From an uncultured delta proteobacterium (GTDB lineage: Bacteria > Desulfobacterota > RBG-13-43-22), in contig CAVUPH010000033.1 of NCBI GenBank assembly GCA_963743305.1, forward strand, positions 32,001 to 96,000: 64,000 nucleotides of DNA, given 5' to 3'. Below the pieces are notes generated by a model. The model saw only the letters and a program-made list of their open reading frames with translations, was not told the origin of the DNA and ran no database searches. This document shows positions 61,239-64,000 of the stretch, piece after piece. A program made the translations under genes and the position numbers. Positions within the stretch are counted from its first letter, which is position 1. Each line of letters starts with the position of its first letter.

Positions 61239-62424
61239 CCTGCCCGTCTGCGCCGGACCGGGTCCTCTGCCCGGGGTCCTGAACCAAGAGCGGCTCTCCG
61301 GAAGGGTTCATCGTTTTGGACGCCGATTGAAATCCTTGGGAATACCGGTGACCCTTACCGGGGTTCGCGATGCCCTGCGTTCTCTGCTCTATGTGGATAT
61401 AACCCGAAAAGCCGATTTCGAGATCGCCCTGCGGGCCAATTTAATTTTTCGAAAGGAGGATCTGGGTCTTTTCGAGGCCGAATTCGATTATTTCTGGCGT
61501 TCCCTGGAAATCCCGGAAGAACCGGGGCCCAGCCGGGAGTCCGGGATCAGCCCCAGCCTTTGGCCGGCAGATCGGGGGATGGGGGAGGAAGATTCACGCG
61601 TCGTCGAAGAGAAGACCGGAAGGCTTTTCAGCCGGGCCGAGGTGCTGGCCGAAAAAGATTTCCAGGCCTGGGAGGAGGACGACTGGCAGGAGGTCTCCCG
61701 CTGGGTGCGGCATTGGGTCCGTCCATTGATTAACCGCCATTCCCTTCGTTTTCGATCCTCCCATCGCGGATCGAGGCTCGAAATCCGAAAAATGCTTCGC
61801 CGGAGCCTGCGGGTGGGGGGGGATTTGACGGCCCTGGCCTATCGCCGGAAGAAAATCAAGCCGCGGCGGTTGATTTTTCTGGCCGATGTAAGCGGGTCCA
61901 TGGAGCAGTACGGACGGTATTTCTTTCTTTTTCTGCAGGCCTGGCTGCAGGACCGTTTTCCGGTGGAGGTTTTTGCTTTTTCCACCCGTTTGACCTATTT
62001 AACCCCTTTGATTAAATCAAAAAAGAGGGAAGAGGTGAGGGAGATCGTTTCCGCTCACGTCCCTCAATGGTCAAGCGGAACCCGGATCGGGGAGTCTTTA
62101 GGGCAGTTTTTACGGACTTACGGCAAAAAGCTTTTGGGGACCCGAAGTCTGGTCCTGATTTTCAGTGACGGCTGGGACTTGGGGGAGCCGGAGGTATTGC
62201 GGGAGGCCATGCGTAGAATTCACCGACGGTCTCATAAGATCCTCTGGTTGAATCCTCTGATGGGGTGCGCCGATTACCAACCCATTTGCCGAGGCATGGC
62301 CGCGGCCCTGCCCTGGGTGGATCGCTTACTTCCGGCCCATAACCTGCGCACCTTTTGGGAAACGGCGGCATTAGTCAAGAGCCTGTTGGTCACCGGAAAA
62401 TATGTTGATTTGGAAGGCGTATGA
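61186..62424 (+). CDS. CoxE-like VWA-domain protein
   Basis: DVSGSM MIDAS, FSTRLT, WSSGTRIG, SDGWD, WLNPL. Confidence 0.92.
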   Translation: MKDGGKPFLGPMPGPRVNLPVCAGPGPLPGVLNQERLSGRVHRFGRRLKSLGIPVTLTGVRDALRSLLYVDITRKADFEIALRANLIFRKEDLGLFEAEFDYFWRSLEIPEEPGPSRESGISPSLWPADRGMGEEDSRVVEEKTGRLFSRAEVLAEKDFQAWEEDDWQEVSRWVRHWVRPLINRHSLRFRSSHRGSRLEIRKMLRRSLRVGGDLTALAYRRKKIKPRRLIFLADVSGSMEQYGRYFFLFLQAWLQDRFPVEVFAFSTRLTYLTPLIKSKKREEVREIVSAHVPQWSSGTRIGESLGQFLRTYGKKLLGTRSLVLIFSDGWDLGEPEVLREAMRRIHRRSHKILWLNPLMGCADYQPICRGMAAALPWVDRLLPAHNLRTFWETAALVKSLLVTGKYVDLEGV

Positions 62425-62484
62425 CGAGAAATCGGGGAATGGTAATTCGATACCTTGAGCAATCTGAATCTCGGTCTCGGTAAG

Positions 62485-63609
62485 ATGAAAGTTTCCTTCG
62501 TTACCTCGGATTTGAAACTCTCGGGAGGAATAATGGTAGTCGCTGAATATGCTAGCCGTTTAGCCGCCCGTGGGCACCAGGTTTGCGTAATTAGTTCCGC
62601 GGGGGAGGCGAGCCCCTTGATCGCTCTTCTATTGTCTGAGGTAGAAATTAGGAAAACAGAAATTTCATTAGAGCGCGTTTTAAAAAATCGGTGGGGGCAG
62701 TTACGTTTTTGTTGGCAGTTAGCCCAAAAAGTTCCTTCCTCCGATTGGGTCATCGCCACACACACCCCGACGACTATTCCTACTCTTTTGGCCACCAGTT
62801 GGTTTTGGCGAAAAGGGAGTCCCTCCTGGTTGTACGCCGATTTCCGGGAAATGTTTGACACCCGGACCATGGAGCGATGGCTCGTTACCGTAGCTCCCCG
62901 ATTTTTTAAACGACTGCTGGTTTTCTCTCGAGACAGTCAGGAAGAAATTTGGAAGAATTGCAAAAAAAAATCGATGGTCGTGGGATTGGGTCTAAGCAAC
63001 CTGGCCGATTTCAATCAGGTAATTCCTAGAGCGGTCAACCAGACACCTTTTAAGGTAATGACCATTACGGATAAGCGGCCGAGGAAAGGATTGACTGATT
63101 TTTTGTCGGCCATGGACAGAGTCGGTCGGAAAATTTCTGGTCTTCAACTGATCATCGTCTCCAAGGAACCGCTGGAAGTGGATAGCAGTCTACCGTATCG
63201 ATTATTTATTAACCCACCCCGCAGTCGGCTGATAAAATTATTGCACGAGGCGTCCCTTTTCGTTTCCGCTTCTTGGAAGGAAGGGTTCGGGTTACCGCCG
63301 TTGGAAGCCATGGCCAGTGGAACCCCCGTGGTATTGACCGATTCAGGAGGAGTCAGAGATTATGCTCAAAACGAGGTCAACTGCCTTCTCGTGCCGCCGA
63401 AATCACCTGTTAAACTGGCGGAGGCGATTATCCAGTTGCTTAATGATAACCGGCTGGCAGAGAAATTCTCCCGAGCGGGGTTGGAAACTGTGAAAACTTT
63501 TTCCTGGGAAAAGGCGACTGACCGTTTTGAACAGGCGCTAAGTGGACCTATCCCGCGAGGGATTCTTCCATCCACTTGGAGAGTATTTTGGCCGCCGCGC
63601 CGACACTGA
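62485..63609 (+). CDS. Glycosyltransferase family 4
   Basis: SGG..VVAEYA..L..RGHQV, EGFGLPPLEAMASG. Confidence 0.93.
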   Translation: MKVSFVTSDLKLSGGIMVVAEYASRLAARGHQVCVISSAGEASPLIALLLSEVEIRKTEISLERVLKNRWGQLRFCWQLAQKVPSSDWVIATHTPTTIPTLLATSWFWRKGSPSWLYADFREMFDTRTMERWLVTVAPRFFKRLLVFSRDSQEEIWKNCKKKSMVVGLGLSNLADFNQVIPRAVNQTPFKVMTITDKRPRKGLTDFLSAMDRVGRKISGLQLIIVSKEPLEVDSSLPYRLFINPPRSRLIKLLHEASLFVSASWKEGFGLPPLEAMASGTPVVLTDSGGVRDYAQNEVNCLLVPPKSPVKLAEAIIQLLNDNRLAEKFSRAGLETVKTFSWEKATDRFEQALSGPIPRGILPSTWRVFWPPRRH

Positions 63610-64000
63610 GGCGTTGATGATAAAGTCGGCGACCATTGGCCCCCAGGGTCTTACGCAGCGTATCATCCCCGATTAAGGTTTCAATCGCTTGGGCTAAGGC
63701 CTGGGCATTAGCGGTAGGACACATGAACGCATCCTGGCCATGGGTTAATACCTCGCGGTTGGCTGGGGTATCGCCAACAATAACGGGTTTAGCATTCGTC
63801 AAGAATTGAAAAGTTTTATTAGAAATAACGCGATGGGCCTTGGGAATATCTGAAAAATGCCCCCCTAAACAAATATCCGCCTGGGCGATGTAATGGGCCA
63901 GGTCTTGGTAGGGTATCGGGCCGGTGAACTCGATATTGGTCAATCTGCTCCGGTTAACCTCCTCCAGGCATTTGGGGAATAAGGGGCCCTTCCCCCCCAA
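63548..64000 (-). CDS. Glycosyltransferase family 4, C-terminal part (runs off the window)
   Basis: FTGPIPYQDL....ADICLGG.F...ISNKTFQ...KPVI. Confidence 0.85.
   Translation of the reverse strand: MGGKGPLFPKCLEEVNRSRLTNIEFTGPIPYQDLAHYIAQADICLGGHFSDIPKAHRVISNKTFQFLTNAKPVIVGDTPANREVLTHGQDAFMCPTANAQALAQAIETLIGDDTLRKTLGANGRRLYHQRLSVGAAAKILSKWMEESLAG

Overview
Chromosomal window from a GC-rich, strictly anaerobic Deltaproteobacteria/Desulfobacterota-like bacterium (inferred from gene content). The two ends are housekeeping: rimP'-nusA-ylxR-infB-DUF503-rbfA-truB-rpsO-pnp-M16-dut, gatB-mtnA, and priA-def-fmt-rsmB-rpe. The centre (- strand) holds a full class II, tungsten-dependent benzoyl-CoA reductase cluster (bamBCDEFGHI). 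bamE and bamF carry in-frame UGA selenocysteine codons with SECIS hairpins, and bamB and bamH each carry a +1 frameshift that looks like an assembly artefact. The bam cluster runs directly into a remnant of a class I (bzd-type) catalytic subunit, followed by intact bzdP/bzdQ-like ATP-dependent activators and a bzdM-like ferredoxin. The most striking sequence-level discoveries are: (i) a compact 2.1-kb mobile element encoding only two tyrosine recombinases, with inverted ends and an 8-bp flanking direct repeat that rebuild a loxP-like junction; (ii) a nested palindromic repeat whose ~150-bp core lies in opposite orientations in two copies and is absent from a third; (iii) several further families of intergenic palindromic and heptamer repeats. 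No rRNA, tRNA or CRISPR array was recognised. All family calls come from motif recognition by eye, not from database searches.
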